This document shows, one piece after another, positions 1 to 8,745 of a DNA stretch of 59,482 bases (its first letter is position 1; each line of letters starts with the position of its first letter). The position numbers and the translations under genes are program-made. The stretch is from a virus. Taxonomy: Duplodnaviria > Caudoviricetes. The notes beneath the pieces are model-generated. The model saw nothing but the letters and a program-made list of their open reading frames with translations. It was not told where the DNA came from and searched no databases. The stretch lies in IMG/VR virus record IMGVR_UViG_3300042549_002361, positions 1 through 59,482 of that record. The stretch is one strand, 5' to 3'.

Positions 1-2
1 TT

Positions 3-473
3 GGAACTGAAGTAGAGCATAGTCCTGCACACGGACAACGAACATTGTTTGTTGTAGGACTACAGCCCAAAGAAGAAATTCTAGCTCGCGCACTAAACAA
101 CAAATGTCCACATATCTATCTAGGTGCTAACCAAAGTTTTGCACCCAAGGACAGTGATTGGGAGCATTGGGACGCTTTAATTTCCGGCCTACTGCGAGAC
201 GGTATTTGGGTTACATTAGACTTTGACAGCGAGTATGCCAAGCATCCTTGGTTTCACGATAATGGTTGGTGTGAGTTTGATAACTTTATTCCAATGATTA
301 GCGTTAAACTGCCTTATATCCGCTTGTATAATTACAATGCAACTATTAAGGTTGATGATACAGGATTTAAGAAATCAAATCCAGGCGTTTGGTGTCATAG
401 TTTGCATGACCTAATGGATAGATCAAAGTTCACAGATTGGTCTAAATATACTAAAGATGAAGTTATTACTTGA
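3..473 (+). CDS. Conserved phage hypothetical protein, 5'-truncated, adjacent to the 7-deazaguanine genes
   Basis: Frame is open from base 3 (GTEVEHSPAHGQRTLFVVG...), so the start lies outside the window; no recognisable catalytic motif. Confidence 0.7.
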   Translation, partial: GTEVEHSPAHGQRTLFVVGLQPKEEILARALNNKCPHIYLGANQSFAPKDSDWEHWDALISGLLRDGIWVTLDFDSEYAKHPWFHDNGWCEFDNFIPMISVKLPYIRLYNYNATIKVDDTGFKKSNPGVWCHSLHDLMDRSKFTDWSKYTKDEVIT

Positions 474-498
474 CAATATAGGAGTTATAGTATACTAT
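470..498 (+). promoter_or_regulatory. Putative sigma70 promoter
   Basis: TTGACA 470-475, 17 bp, TACTAT 493-498, upstream of ORF 507. Confidence 0.45.
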
Positions 499-506
499 AA
501 TACAGT

Positions 507-689
507 ATGGAAATAAAATTAATTTGTAATGATAAAGGGATAATTGTTTCTACAGCAGTAAAAGTAGATAATTTGAGCACAGAAGAAAATTTAAAAGAAG
601 TATTTTTTTCGTTTGTTAAGTTTTTAGATAAGTCGGGTGCTGTATTTCCTGAAGAGTTGCAACAAATCATGAAGGAGTTTGAACAGTGA
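507..689 (+). CDS. Hypothetical protein
   Basis: 60 aa ORF, GTGA overlap with next gene. Confidence 0.6.
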   Translation: MEIKLICNDKGIIVSTAVKVDNLSTEENLKEVFFSFVKFLDKSGAVFPEELQQIMKEFEQ

Positions 690-886
690 CATTATATGAA
701 GTAGCAGTGGCAATCGCATTAGGTGTATTTTTTATTGTGCTATCCTGGTTTATTATCGAATCAAACCAGTATATTTCAGAACGCAATCGATTAAGAAAAG
801 AAACAGGCAAATACTATGAACACGATATTCATGAAGAACTGCTGAAACAAGCAAAAGAAAAGACTAATACTAAGGACGAAAAATGA
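686..886 (+). CDS. Hypothetical membrane protein (one N-terminal TM helix)
   Basis: Hydrophobic VAVAIALGVFFIVLSWFII; coupled overlaps on both sides. Confidence 0.65.
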   Translation: MTLYEVAVAIALGVFFIVLSWFIIESNQYISERNRLRKETGKYYEHDIHEELLKQAKEKTNTKDEK

Positions 887-1284
887 GAAGCATTTGGGTA
901 ACATTTCAGAAGGAAGGTATTCACATGTATCCGGGGGCGGATACAGATCCTAAGTTAGCAACAGGCGACTGGGATGATGTTAGTTTTCTAGGTGTGCCGC
1001 ACAGGCACATTTTTCATTTCCGTGTGTGGATCGAAGTATTCCACAATGACAGAGACATTGAATTTATTCAGTTCAAACGCTGGCTAGAACGACAGTACAG
1101 CGAAGGCGTACTTGAACTGAACCACAAGAGTTGCGAGATGATCGCAGACGATTTAGCTAAAGTGATTATGAAGAAATACCCTAATCGCTGGCTAAAGATT
1201 TCAGTAGCCGAAGATAATGAAAACGGCTGCGAGATCGACTATCCCGTTGAATGGCATGTAGACGGGCCAACCAACTTTAGATAA
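883..1284 (+). CDS. QueD-like T-fold protein, probable DpdL-type (CDG decarboxylase-like) paralogue
   Basis: LGVPHRHIF fits LxxxHRHxF rather than the QueD CxxxHGH motif; DIEFIQFK, SCEMIA and EDNENG segments align by eye with QueD/PTPS; folE and queE are nearby. Confidence 0.7.
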   Translation: MRSIWVTFQKEGIHMYPGADTDPKLATGDWDDVSFLGVPHRHIFHFRVWIEVFHNDRDIEFIQFKRWLERQYSEGVLELNHKSCEMIADDLAKVIMKKYPNRWLKISVAEDNENGCEIDYPVEWHVDGPTNFR

Positions 1285-1294
1285 GGAGAAAAAC

Positions 1295-1483
1295 ATGACT
1301 GAAACACATCTAAAAATGAAGGCACTCTTTGACGAGTATCTCAAGGAATCGGAAGCATTTGAAGTAAAGGGCGTTAAGGCAGCAGCCGCTCGCGCTCGTA
1401 AGGCACTAGGCGAACTTGGTAAGTTGTCAAAGGTTCGTCGTGCTGAAATTCAAGATAAGAAGAACGCTGCTAGCGCAGCCTAA
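1295..1483 (+). CDS. Histone H1-like Hc1-family small basic protein
   Basis: KGVKAAAARARKALGELGKLSKVRR resembles the Hc1 signature; SD AAGGAG upstream. Confidence 0.65.
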   Translation: MTETHLKMKALFDEYLKESEAFEVKGVKAAAARARKALGELGKLSKVRRAEIQDKKNAASAA

Positions 1484-1494
1484 GGGGATATAAA

Positions 1495-2163
1495 ATGCAA
1501 GGATCAATTTCTAATTCGGCACAATATGTAACCAGCGGTATGAATCGTGTTTATTCAAACATGTTTATGGCTGTTATGAATTCAATGCTAGTAAGTTATT
1601 TTGTAAGTACTAGCCCAGTACTGATGGCATTTTTGTTTACTGGTGTAATGAAGTGGATTGTGATCCTTGCACCTTTGGCGGCAATTTTTGCTATCAGCTT
1701 TTATATGGATAAGGTAACAAAAGGTCAAGCAATGCTTATGCTGCACGGATTTGCTGCATTAATGGGTATTAGCTTTGCAGCAATTTTTGTTGTGTACACA
1801 TCAATGAGTATTGTACAAGCATTTCTTGGTGCAGCATGTTTGTTCTTAGCTATGAGCTTGTACGGTTATACTACTAAGCGTGATCTTACTAGCGTTGGTC
1901 AGTTTATGTTTATTGGTCTAATTGGTATCATCATTGCTAGCATTGTCAATATCTTTATTGGTAGCAGTCTAATGCAAATGGTAGTGAGCGCATTAGCTGT
2001 TATTATCTTCCTAGGACTTACTGCATATGATACTCAAAAGATTCGAGAAATGATTGCATATGATCGCGATGGTCATGCTGAAGTTAGTGGCGCACTAACA
2101 TTGTATTTAGACTTTATTAATATTTTCCTCAACTTGCTACAACTATTTGGTAACAGACGATGA
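1495..2163 (+). CDS. Bax inhibitor-1/YccA family membrane protein
   Basis: About 7 TM helices; YGYTTKRDL, AYDTQKI and GALTLYLDFINIFL motifs. Confidence 0.92.
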   Translation: MQGSISNSAQYVTSGMNRVYSNMFMAVMNSMLVSYFVSTSPVLMAFLFTGVMKWIVILAPLAAIFAISFYMDKVTKGQAMLMLHGFAALMGISFAAIFVVYTSMSIVQAFLGAACLFLAMSLYGYTTKRDLTSVGQFMFIGLIGIIIASIVNIFIGSSLMQMVVSALAVIIFLGLTAYDTQKIREMIAYDRDGHAEVSGALTLYLDFINIFLNLLQLFGNRR

Positions 2164-2327
2164 GTTCTAATACAGATATAACAGCTAACACAGTAACTAC
2201 ACCAGCTGAAAAAGTTGACAGAGAAACTGCGGATCGCCTAAATAACTATGCACAAAGTTTAAATGATCCTATTACTCATGTAGTTGACTATGGTGGTCTG
2301 CTAGACGACAAGAAGAAAAAGAAATGA
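2160..2327 (+). CDS. 55-aa hypothetical protein not in the ORF track (MSSNTDITAN...LLDDKKKKK)
   Basis: ATG at 2160 and TGA at 2325-2327; ATGA overlaps with both neighbours and fills the gap exactly. Confidence 0.7.
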   Translation: MSSNTDITANTVTTPAEKVDRETADRLNNYAQSLNDPITHVVDYGGLLDDKKKKK

Positions 2328-3433
2328 AATTATTTTTAGTTGAACTCGAACCGGTTGAAACTCGATACACAGCACAGTGGCAAGTCCACTTGCCTGTGCA
2401 ACTACGCGAAGCCGGATTCGATGTTGAAGTAATCGAAGGACCTAGTGATGCGCCTCAGGATACAACTCCTGGGGCCTTCCTTAACTTTAGTGGCACTAAC
2501 TACTGGAAGAGCGAGCAGCTTAAAACTATCGCTGGCATGTTTGCAGCAGGCAAAGTGAAAGATGGAGATTACTTCCTTTACACTGATGCGTGGAATCCAA
2601 CAGTCCTACAGCTAAAATATATGGCTGAACTATTAGGTGTAAAGATTAAAATTGGCGGCATGTGGCACGCCGGCAGCTACGACCCAGCAGACTTCTTAGG
2701 TCGTCTTATTGGTAATGCACCCTGGGTACGACACACAGAGAAGGCGTTATTCCATGTGTTTGATCAGAACTTCTTTGCAACACAATTCCATGTGGATATG
2801 TTTGCAAGTGAACTACTACACGACGGACTGTTTAATGAGTACTCTTGGTACAAGGACTACATAGCAGAGCTAATGAACAGCGGCAAAATTACCATTGCTG
2901 GCTGGCCCATGGAATACTTAGAGGACGCTATGCTACCATACGCAGACGCTGACAAGGAAGATTTGATTCTTTTCCCTCATCGTATTGCGCCCGAGAAGCA
3001 GCTAGAAATTTTCAAAGATTTAGAGCAGCATCTGCCCCAATACAAGTTTGTTGTATGCCAGGAACAGAAGCTAACCAAGCACGAATATCATAAAATGCTA
3101 GCGAAAGCTAAGATGGTGTTTAGTGCTAATCTACAAGAGACACTAGGTATCAGTTGGTATGAGGGCGCATTAGTTGGCGCAATACCATTGGTTCCTGACA
3201 GACTAAGTTATAGTGAAATGGCGCTTAACGAATTTAAATATCCTAGCGACTGGACAATAAATTATGAGTTGTATCTGCAACACAGAGAGCAGATTGTACA
3301 GCATATTAATTATTTAATGACTAATTATAATAACTTAAAGCCCGTTATTCAAGAACAACGTAAAAAATTAGCAGATGATTTCTTTAGTGGTAATGCACTC
3401 TACAATATCATCAGGAGAAATGATAATGGTTAA
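2324..3433 (+). CDS. GT-B fold glycosyltransferase (GT4-like)
   Basis: C-terminal FPHRIAPEKQ and QETLGISWYEG...GAIPLVPD (E-x7-E) motifs. Confidence 0.8.
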   Translation: MKLFLVELEPVETRYTAQWQVHLPVQLREAGFDVEVIEGPSDAPQDTTPGAFLNFSGTNYWKSEQLKTIAGMFAAGKVKDGDYFLYTDAWNPTVLQLKYMAELLGVKIKIGGMWHAGSYDPADFLGRLIGNAPWVRHTEKALFHVFDQNFFATQFHVDMFASELLHDGLFNEYSWYKDYIAELMNSGKITIAGWPMEYLEDAMLPYADADKEDLILFPHRIAPEKQLEIFKDLEQHLPQYKFVVCQEQKLTKHEYHKMLAKAKMVFSANLQETLGISWYEGALVGAIPLVPDRLSYSEMALNEFKYPSDWTINYELYLQHREQIVQHINYLMTNYNNLKPVIQEQRKKLADDFFSGNALYNIIRRNDNG

Positions 3434-4403
3434 AGACACACAAAAAACAGTATTAGTTACAGGCGGCAGCGGCTATGTAGGCGGTATGGTATGTCGCTTG
3501 TTAGTTGCAGCTGGCCATAATGTTATTAACATTGATAAAAAGAAAAAAGAAATCGATGGTGTAACTCAATACCCGTTTGATATTGATAATAATCAACTTA
3601 AAGGCGTTATTCAATTAACAAGACCAGATACTATCATGCATTTTGCTGCTGATCATGAAGTTGGTCGTAGTATGGTTGAACCTGGCAAGTACTACTGGAA
3701 CAACGTTGCTAACACTATCGCATTGCTTAATCATGCTGTTGGCGCAGGCGTAAAAAACTTTGTGTTTAGCAGTAGCAGTAGTGTATACGGCACAAGTGAC
3801 ACTTTCCCTACACCCGAGACAACTGAGCGTGATCCTGTATCGCCATACGGAAAAACAAAAAAGATCGTAGAGGATATTCTAGTTGACTACTATCGTGCAT
3901 ACGGATTAAACTTTACTTCATTGCGCTATTTTAATGCTGCTGGTGCTGATCCTGAACTAAAGCATGGTTACACTCAAGACCCTGCTAGTCACTTAATTCC
4001 TATTCTAGCTAGAGCAGCAATTAACGGCGATACGGTTGATATATATGGCGACGATTATGCAACAGCAGACGGTACAGCAGAACGCGATTACACGCATGTA
4101 GCTGACATTGCAACTGCTCATCTTGCAGCAATGCAATATTTAGAAGACGGTGGAGTAAGTGGTGCGTTTAACATTGGCGCTGGCAGTGCAACTAGTGTAC
4201 TAGTAGCTATCAACACATTTAATCGCGTTAATCAAACCAATATTAGATACAATATTGCTGATAGGCGACCAGGTGATCCTAAACAAACATTTGCTGATAT
4301 CACAAAGGCAAAAAATTCGTTTGGTTGGGAGCCTGTATATACATTAGAAGATATTGTTAAACATGCCTACGAATGGGAAAAGAAAGTGCAAAAGGTAAAG
4401 TGA
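3426..4403 (+). CDS. galE: UDP-glucose 4-epimerase
   Basis: TGGSGYVG, FSSS, YGKTK (YxxxK), LRYFNAAGA, RDYTHVAD, RRPGD; start moved to 3426 using SD AGGAGA. Confidence 0.92.
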   Translation: MVKDTQKTVLVTGGSGYVGGMVCRLLVAAGHNVINIDKKKKEIDGVTQYPFDIDNNQLKGVIQLTRPDTIMHFAADHEVGRSMVEPGKYYWNNVANTIALLNHAVGAGVKNFVFSSSSSVYGTSDTFPTPETTERDPVSPYGKTKKIVEDILVDYYRAYGLNFTSLRYFNAAGADPELKHGYTQDPASHLIPILARAAINGDTVDIYGDDYATADGTAERDYTHVADIATAHLAAMQYLEDGGVSGAFNIGAGSATSVLVAINTFNRVNQTNIRYNIADRRPGDPKQTFADITKAKNSFGWEPVYTLEDIVKHAYEWEKKVQKVK

Positions 4404-4404
4404 T

Positions 4405-4587
4405 ATGGTAAAAGAAGTTAAAGGTGGCACATTTGCGCCAGCAGATATTCCAGTAATTAAGCGAGCATTACAATCATACGTTGCAGAAGTACAGCGGATT
4501 GAGGGCTACAGTGATCGAGACCCGCATCCCGATCTTAGTGTAGCTGCTAATCTATTACATAGACTTGGAAGAATTGGTGATGCCTAA
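4405..4587 (+). CDS. Hypothetical protein
   Basis: 60 aa ORF tightly packed in the operon. Confidence 0.6.
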   Translation: MVKEVKGGTFAPADIPVIKRALQSYVAEVQRIEGYSDRDPHPDLSVAANLLHRLGRIGDA

Positions 4588-5041
4588 ATACGAATATCTA
4601 TCACACGAAGATATGAATAACTACTATGCAGAAGTTATTCGTAATATATCAGTTGACAACTTCACCCCAGAGGTTGTTTTTGCGCCAATGCGCGGCGGTG
4701 CCGATCTTGGCATCAAGTTAAGTAATTATTATGATATTCCTTTTGAAGCTCTACAGTGGCAGACCAGAGACGGCGTTGAAAGAGATGTAGAACGACTGAA
4801 AGAATTATACGCAACGTATGAAGGAAAAAACATTTTAATTGTTGATGATATCTGCGATACTGGTGACACACTCAAAGGTATTGAACACGTATCTGGATAC
4901 AACAGAACTAATATTAGATTTGCAGTTGCTATTGAAAATGTTGAATGTGGTTTTGTATGTGACTACTCTGCTAGGCAGATTGGTAGATCAGACGACACGC
5001 AATGGTTTGTCTTCCCTTGGGAAGATTGGTGGAGGCGATAA
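4580..5041 (+). CDS. Type I phosphoribosyltransferase (Gpt/HPRT-like)
   Basis: MRGG loop, ILIVDDICDTGDT PRPP-binding motif, C-terminal WFVFPWE. Confidence 0.9.
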   Translation: MPKYEYLSHEDMNNYYAEVIRNISVDNFTPEVVFAPMRGGADLGIKLSNYYDIPFEALQWQTRDGVERDVERLKELYATYEGKNILIVDDICDTGDTLKGIEHVSGYNRTNIRFAVAIENVECGFVCDYSARQIGRSDDTQWFVFPWEDWWRR

Positions 5042-5087
5042 ATTTACATAAAAATGATAAGTTTTTATGTACTTTGCCTAAATAAGA

Positions 5088-5116
5088 TTGACAAACTTGC
5101 ATTTTGTCTGTATAAT
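5088..5116 (+). promoter_or_regulatory. Consensus sigma70 promoter of folE
   Basis: TTGACA 5088-5093, 17 bp, TATAAT 5111-5116. Confidence 0.85.
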
Positions 5117-5160
5117 AAAACAAATAGACATCCACGTCTATAACTCGGAGAAAAAGTATA

Positions 5161-5856
5161 ATGACAGAAAAAAATCTATCTCAAGTCCTTCGTGAACAAA
5201 TGAAACTCGATGGCAAACGATTTTGGGCCGGTGATAATATTTCAGAATACATCACTGAAGAAAATAAACACAATCTTATTAATGAAGCAACTAATGCGTT
5301 TGAGACAGTTCTCGATACGCTACTAATTGATCGTGAAAGCGATCCAAATAGTCATGGTACAGCACGTCGATTGGCTAAGATGTATTTTAATGAAATAATG
5401 GCAGGAAGATATGACCCAGCACCAGACGCAACAGCATTTCCCAATGACTCGGCAGACCGTTACGAAGGTATGCTTGTGGTTCGCAGTGAGCTTCGCAGTA
5501 TGTGTAGCCATCATCACCAACCTGTGGCTGGTGTTGCTTATATTGGTCTTATTGCTGCTGAAAAACTCATCGGACTCAGCAAGTACACACGCATCGCACA
5601 ATGGTGTGCAAGACGTGGAACTCTCCAGGAGGAACTTGCTAATGATATTGCTAGGGAAATCGCCAAAGCCACAGGAGCCAAAGACCTAGGTGTTTATATT
5701 CAAGCTACACATGGTTGTTGCGAAAACCGCGGCATTATGGCACACAGTTCGCTAACACAAACAACTGTGTTGCGCGGTGCGTTCAAGGATGACTCTGGCA
5801 CAAAGAAAGAGTTTTTTGATAATATTAAACTGCAACAGGAATTTGCACCACGATGA
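5161..5856 (+). CDS. folE: GTP cyclohydrolase I
   Basis: SMCSHHHQP, IGLSKYTRI, LQEEL, HGCCENRG motifs. Confidence 0.95.
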   Translation: MTEKNLSQVLREQMKLDGKRFWAGDNISEYITEENKHNLINEATNAFETVLDTLLIDRESDPNSHGTARRLAKMYFNEIMAGRYDPAPDATAFPNDSADRYEGMLVVRSELRSMCSHHHQPVAGVAYIGLIAAEKLIGLSKYTRIAQWCARRGTLQEELANDIAREIAKATGAKDLGVYIQATHGCCENRGIMAHSSLTQTTVLRGAFKDDSGTKKEFFDNIKLQQEFAPR

Positions 5857-6083
5857 CAAAATTTAAATCATACGAGCGTACTACCACTGTTGAGTGTATA
5901 GATAATAATAAAATAGTTGAAGCAGACGTAATCACTTATGTTGAGGGCAAATATTTAACTGTATCACTTAACACTGTGCGAGTTAATCTTCAGTATAATC
6001 AAAAATATAACAATTACATCGGCGCAATGGGCGGGCTTGAATTTCAAAGCACAGGACCAAAGGCATTAGGATATTATCGATGA
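5853..6083 (+). CDS. Hypothetical protein
   Basis: 76 aa, ATGA-coupled to folE. Confidence 0.7.
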   Translation: MTKFKSYERTTTVECIDNNKIVEADVITYVEGKYLTVSLNTVRVNLQYNQKYNNYIGAMGGLEFQSTGPKALGYYR

Positions 6084-6616
6084 TTAAAACTAAAGGGCCG
6101 CGCAACATTCATGTTGTTGCTCGAAATAATGTGCCTGTTTCAGATATATGCGACTGTGTTGCCGAGCATAAACCGTTAGACTGGATCATGAGCAGATATC
6201 TAGTCACTGAAGATGAAGTGTTTGAGTGCATTGATGCATATATTGATTTTGCAGAAAAGAAACCATATATGCTTGAGTTGCGGTGCGCTGCCGATCCAGA
6301 TGATGCTAACATTCACGGAATTGAAACGTCTCAGATAAATGATAAGATGTATTTTAGTATTTTAACTTACGGTAGATTATTTTTTGATATTAAGCCGCTA
6401 CAGGATCTGTTTACATATGCTCTTAACTTAGTTATTATTGAATCAGTGCTCGATCTTAAAGAAAATGTTGTTGTTGATGCTGATAGTATGCACGGTGTAG
6501 TACTTGCTGCATTTAAGCAGAGCTACGGTGATATTGATCATACAAATATTGATCATGTTTTATCGCAGCTCGATCATACAACACTAATGAAGATGATGAA
6601 AAATGAACGACATTAA
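6080..6616 (+). CDS. Hypothetical protein with DUF433-like N-terminal HTH
   Basis: VPVSDICDCV...IMSRYLVTEDEVFECIDAY resembles the DUF433 pattern. Confidence 0.5.
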   Translation: MIKTKGPRNIHVVARNNVPVSDICDCVAEHKPLDWIMSRYLVTEDEVFECIDAYIDFAEKKPYMLELRCAADPDDANIHGIETSQINDKMYFSILTYGRLFFDIKPLQDLFTYALNLVIIESVLDLKENVVVDADSMHGVVLAAFKQSYGDIDHTNIDHVLSQLDHTTLMKMMKNERH

Positions 6617-7490
6617 ATATAGCGAACTATTCTATAGCGCACAAGGTGAAGGTAAGTATGTTGGTATACCCAGCCTTTGGTTGCGTTTCTTTCTCTGCAA
6701 CCTACAATGTAATGGGTTTGGTCAGTGCAATCCTACTGATCCGAGTACATATGAATTGCCATATGAAACACTTGATATTAGTGATATTAAACGTGTTGAA
6801 GACTTACCTGTGTTTGATAAGGGGTGCGACAGTAGTTATACATGGAGTAAGCGTTACAGCCACTTAATTACAAACCGTAGTGTAGAAGAAACAGTTGATA
6901 ATTTAACTGCACTATTACCGCACGGTTTGTTTGAACATCCAGTTAGTAAGCAACAAGCACATATGGTGTTTACTGGCGGCGAACCGATGCTCAAGAAATC
7001 ACAGGAAGGCATTATTGCTATTCTCAATGAGTTTGGTAATAGACTAAACATGCCTAAGAATATTACAGTTGAGACTAATGGCACACAGCCTCTTACACCA
7101 GAATTAGAACAGTTTATCACCGAGTACTTTTGGAAGTATGGCGGTGATTGGTACTGGAGCGTAAGTCCTAAACTTTGGAGTACAGCCGGCGAGAAGCATA
7201 AGAAAGCCATTAAGCCAGAAGTGCTTGCCGCATATGATCGCATATCTAGACACGGTCAACTAAAGTTTGTTGTAAATGGCAGCAAGGAAAGCTGGCAGGA
7301 AGTAGAAGAAAATACAAAACTATTTCGTGATGCTGGCTGCGACTTTCCTGTATGGATTATGGGCGTTGGCGGTACGTTAGAAGGTCTTAAAATTACAGAA
7401 GCCACGATTGCTGACGAAGCAATACAGCGCGGATATAACTATACAAGTCGTGTACATGTACACATTTATGGAAATGCAATTGGAAAATAA
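6603..7490 (+). CDS. queE: 7-carboxy-7-deazaguanine synthase (radical SAM)
   Basis: ELFYSAQGEG, LRFFLCNLQC..(insert)..CDS, FTGGEPML, VETNGT, SVSPKL, RVHVHIYG. Confidence 0.92.
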   Translation: MNDIKYSELFYSAQGEGKYVGIPSLWLRFFLCNLQCNGFGQCNPTDPSTYELPYETLDISDIKRVEDLPVFDKGCDSSYTWSKRYSHLITNRSVEETVDNLTALLPHGLFEHPVSKQQAHMVFTGGEPMLKKSQEGIIAILNEFGNRLNMPKNITVETNGTQPLTPELEQFITEYFWKYGGDWYWSVSPKLWSTAGEKHKKAIKPEVLAAYDRISRHGQLKFVVNGSKESWQEVEENTKLFRDAGCDFPVWIMGVGGTLEGLKITEATIADEAIQRGYNYTSRVHVHIYGNAIGK

Positions 7491-8052
7491 AGTTTACACT
7501 GTTGTAGATAATATTTTCTCTGATAAGGTTTTAGCTATTTTGAAACCTTATGCTAAACTTTTGCCGTCTGATAAAAGTAGTTATGATGTGTGGGCTGCTG
7601 AATCTACTAACAATAATACAGCACCAGAATGTTTTACTTGCGATGTACTAGGCAAAGATAGACTCGCAGTTATTGATGAATTGTACAATAATAGTGACCT
7701 TCCTTGCTATCAGAAAAAATGGCTTAAGGATTGTGATATTGCTATTCAAAAATTACCAGTAGGCGGGTTTATACCTAAGCATACTGATCATTGCATTTTT
7801 AGTTTAACAGTATTTTTGTCAGAAGTAAAAGGCGGTGAATTTTATTGGTGGGGTCAAACCAATGAAAAACACATTGTTCAATCAAGTTATAATAAAGGAA
7901 TTTTTTCTTATCAAGATACATTTACTAGAGGTTTTCCGCATGAAGTGGAAACAGTTGAACAAGGAGTGCGATTTACTTTGCAACTTTTTGTATTTGATAA
8001 GAAAAAACAATCTAATGAAACACAAGGTGTTGTTTGGGAGATAAATCAATGA
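7474..8052 (+). CDS. 2OG-Fe(II) oxygenase (prolyl-hydroxylase-like)
   Basis: HTD...GGEF...HEV...R facial-triad pattern. Confidence 0.75.
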   Translation: MQLENKVYTVVDNIFSDKVLAILKPYAKLLPSDKSSYDVWAAESTNNNTAPECFTCDVLGKDRLAVIDELYNNSDLPCYQKKWLKDCDIAIQKLPVGGFIPKHTDHCIFSLTVFLSEVKGGEFYWWGQTNEKHIVQSSYNKGIFSYQDTFTRGFPHEVETVEQGVRFTLQLFVFDKKKQSNETQGVVWEINQ

Positions 8053-8543
8053 AGAAAAAAATACCATTTTGGATGCTGCCTGCTAGTTGGGGGCTGAACG
8101 GTAAAACTAGAGCGATTGCTGAAGTAGAATATTATTTTGAAGGCAAAGAGCTAGAAGAAAAACTAGCAGAGATTGGCGGTAATACTCCGGAAGATAAGGA
8201 GGTCGCAGTACTAGCAGTTAAGCTCAAGCATGAGGAAATCAGCCAGGATGCATATGACAAAGCAGTTGCCACCATTCGAAAAGAACCATGGGTAAATGTT
8301 GTTAAGATGGGTGTTAATCCATCTAATGTTGCAGCAGGTTACTTTGAACTTGATTGGAACGAAGAATTTATTGCAATGCTATATGAAAATGGTTATGTAG
8401 GCCAAAGTGACGAGGAAGTTGTTAACAAATGGTTTAATGACGTTTGTCGCACTGTGCTTATTCAAGAAAAAGCTGATTTAGATTACGGTTTAGAACAAAC
8501 GGAGCGAGGCGATGTCCAAGTTAGAAGAGACGGCAAGGAATAA
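8049..8543 (+). CDS. Conserved phage hypothetical protein
   Basis: Full ORF, ATGA-coupled; EPWV...FELDWN...WF motifs. Confidence 0.7.
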   Translation: MKKKIPFWMLPASWGLNGKTRAIAEVEYYFEGKELEEKLAEIGGNTPEDKEVAVLAVKLKHEEISQDAYDKAVATIRKEPWVNVVKMGVNPSNVAAGYFELDWNEEFIAMLYENGYVGQSDEEVVNKWFNDVCRTVLIQEKADLDYGLEQTERGDVQVRRDGKE

Positions 8544-8745
8544 GTTGGCCACATTAATGTCTGCGGTGCAGCCAATTATTGACCAACATATCTCTAATAT
8601 GGATACAAAAGAGGTAGATTATATCTTGACAAATTACCGAAAGTATCTTAAAATAGACTTAGAGAGAGACTTAGAAAAGGCAAGACTTTCCAAATTAACA
8701 GCAAGCCCTTTTGACGATATATTGAACGGTGGATTAAATGGCTAA
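8512..8745 (+). CDS. Hypothetical protein
   Basis: 77 aa, overlaps both neighbours. Confidence 0.6.
   Translation: MSKLEETARNKLATLMSAVQPIIDQHISNMDTKEVDYILTNYRKYLKIDLERDLEKARLSKLTASPFDDILNGGLNG
8626..8654 (+). promoter_or_regulatory. Intragenic sigma70 promoter upstream of RNase H
   Basis: TTGACA 8626-8631, 17 bp, TAAAAT 8649-8654. Confidence 0.6.

Noticed and set aside
883-1284. Canonical queD call
   Set aside because: Lacks the catalytic CxxxHGH motif; has LxxxHRHxF instead, so no gene symbol given
5122-5160. Canonical preQ1-I or THF-II riboswitch
   Set aside because: Loop is only 6 nt, and the consensus loop and A-rich tail are not matched; reported only as a novel candidate
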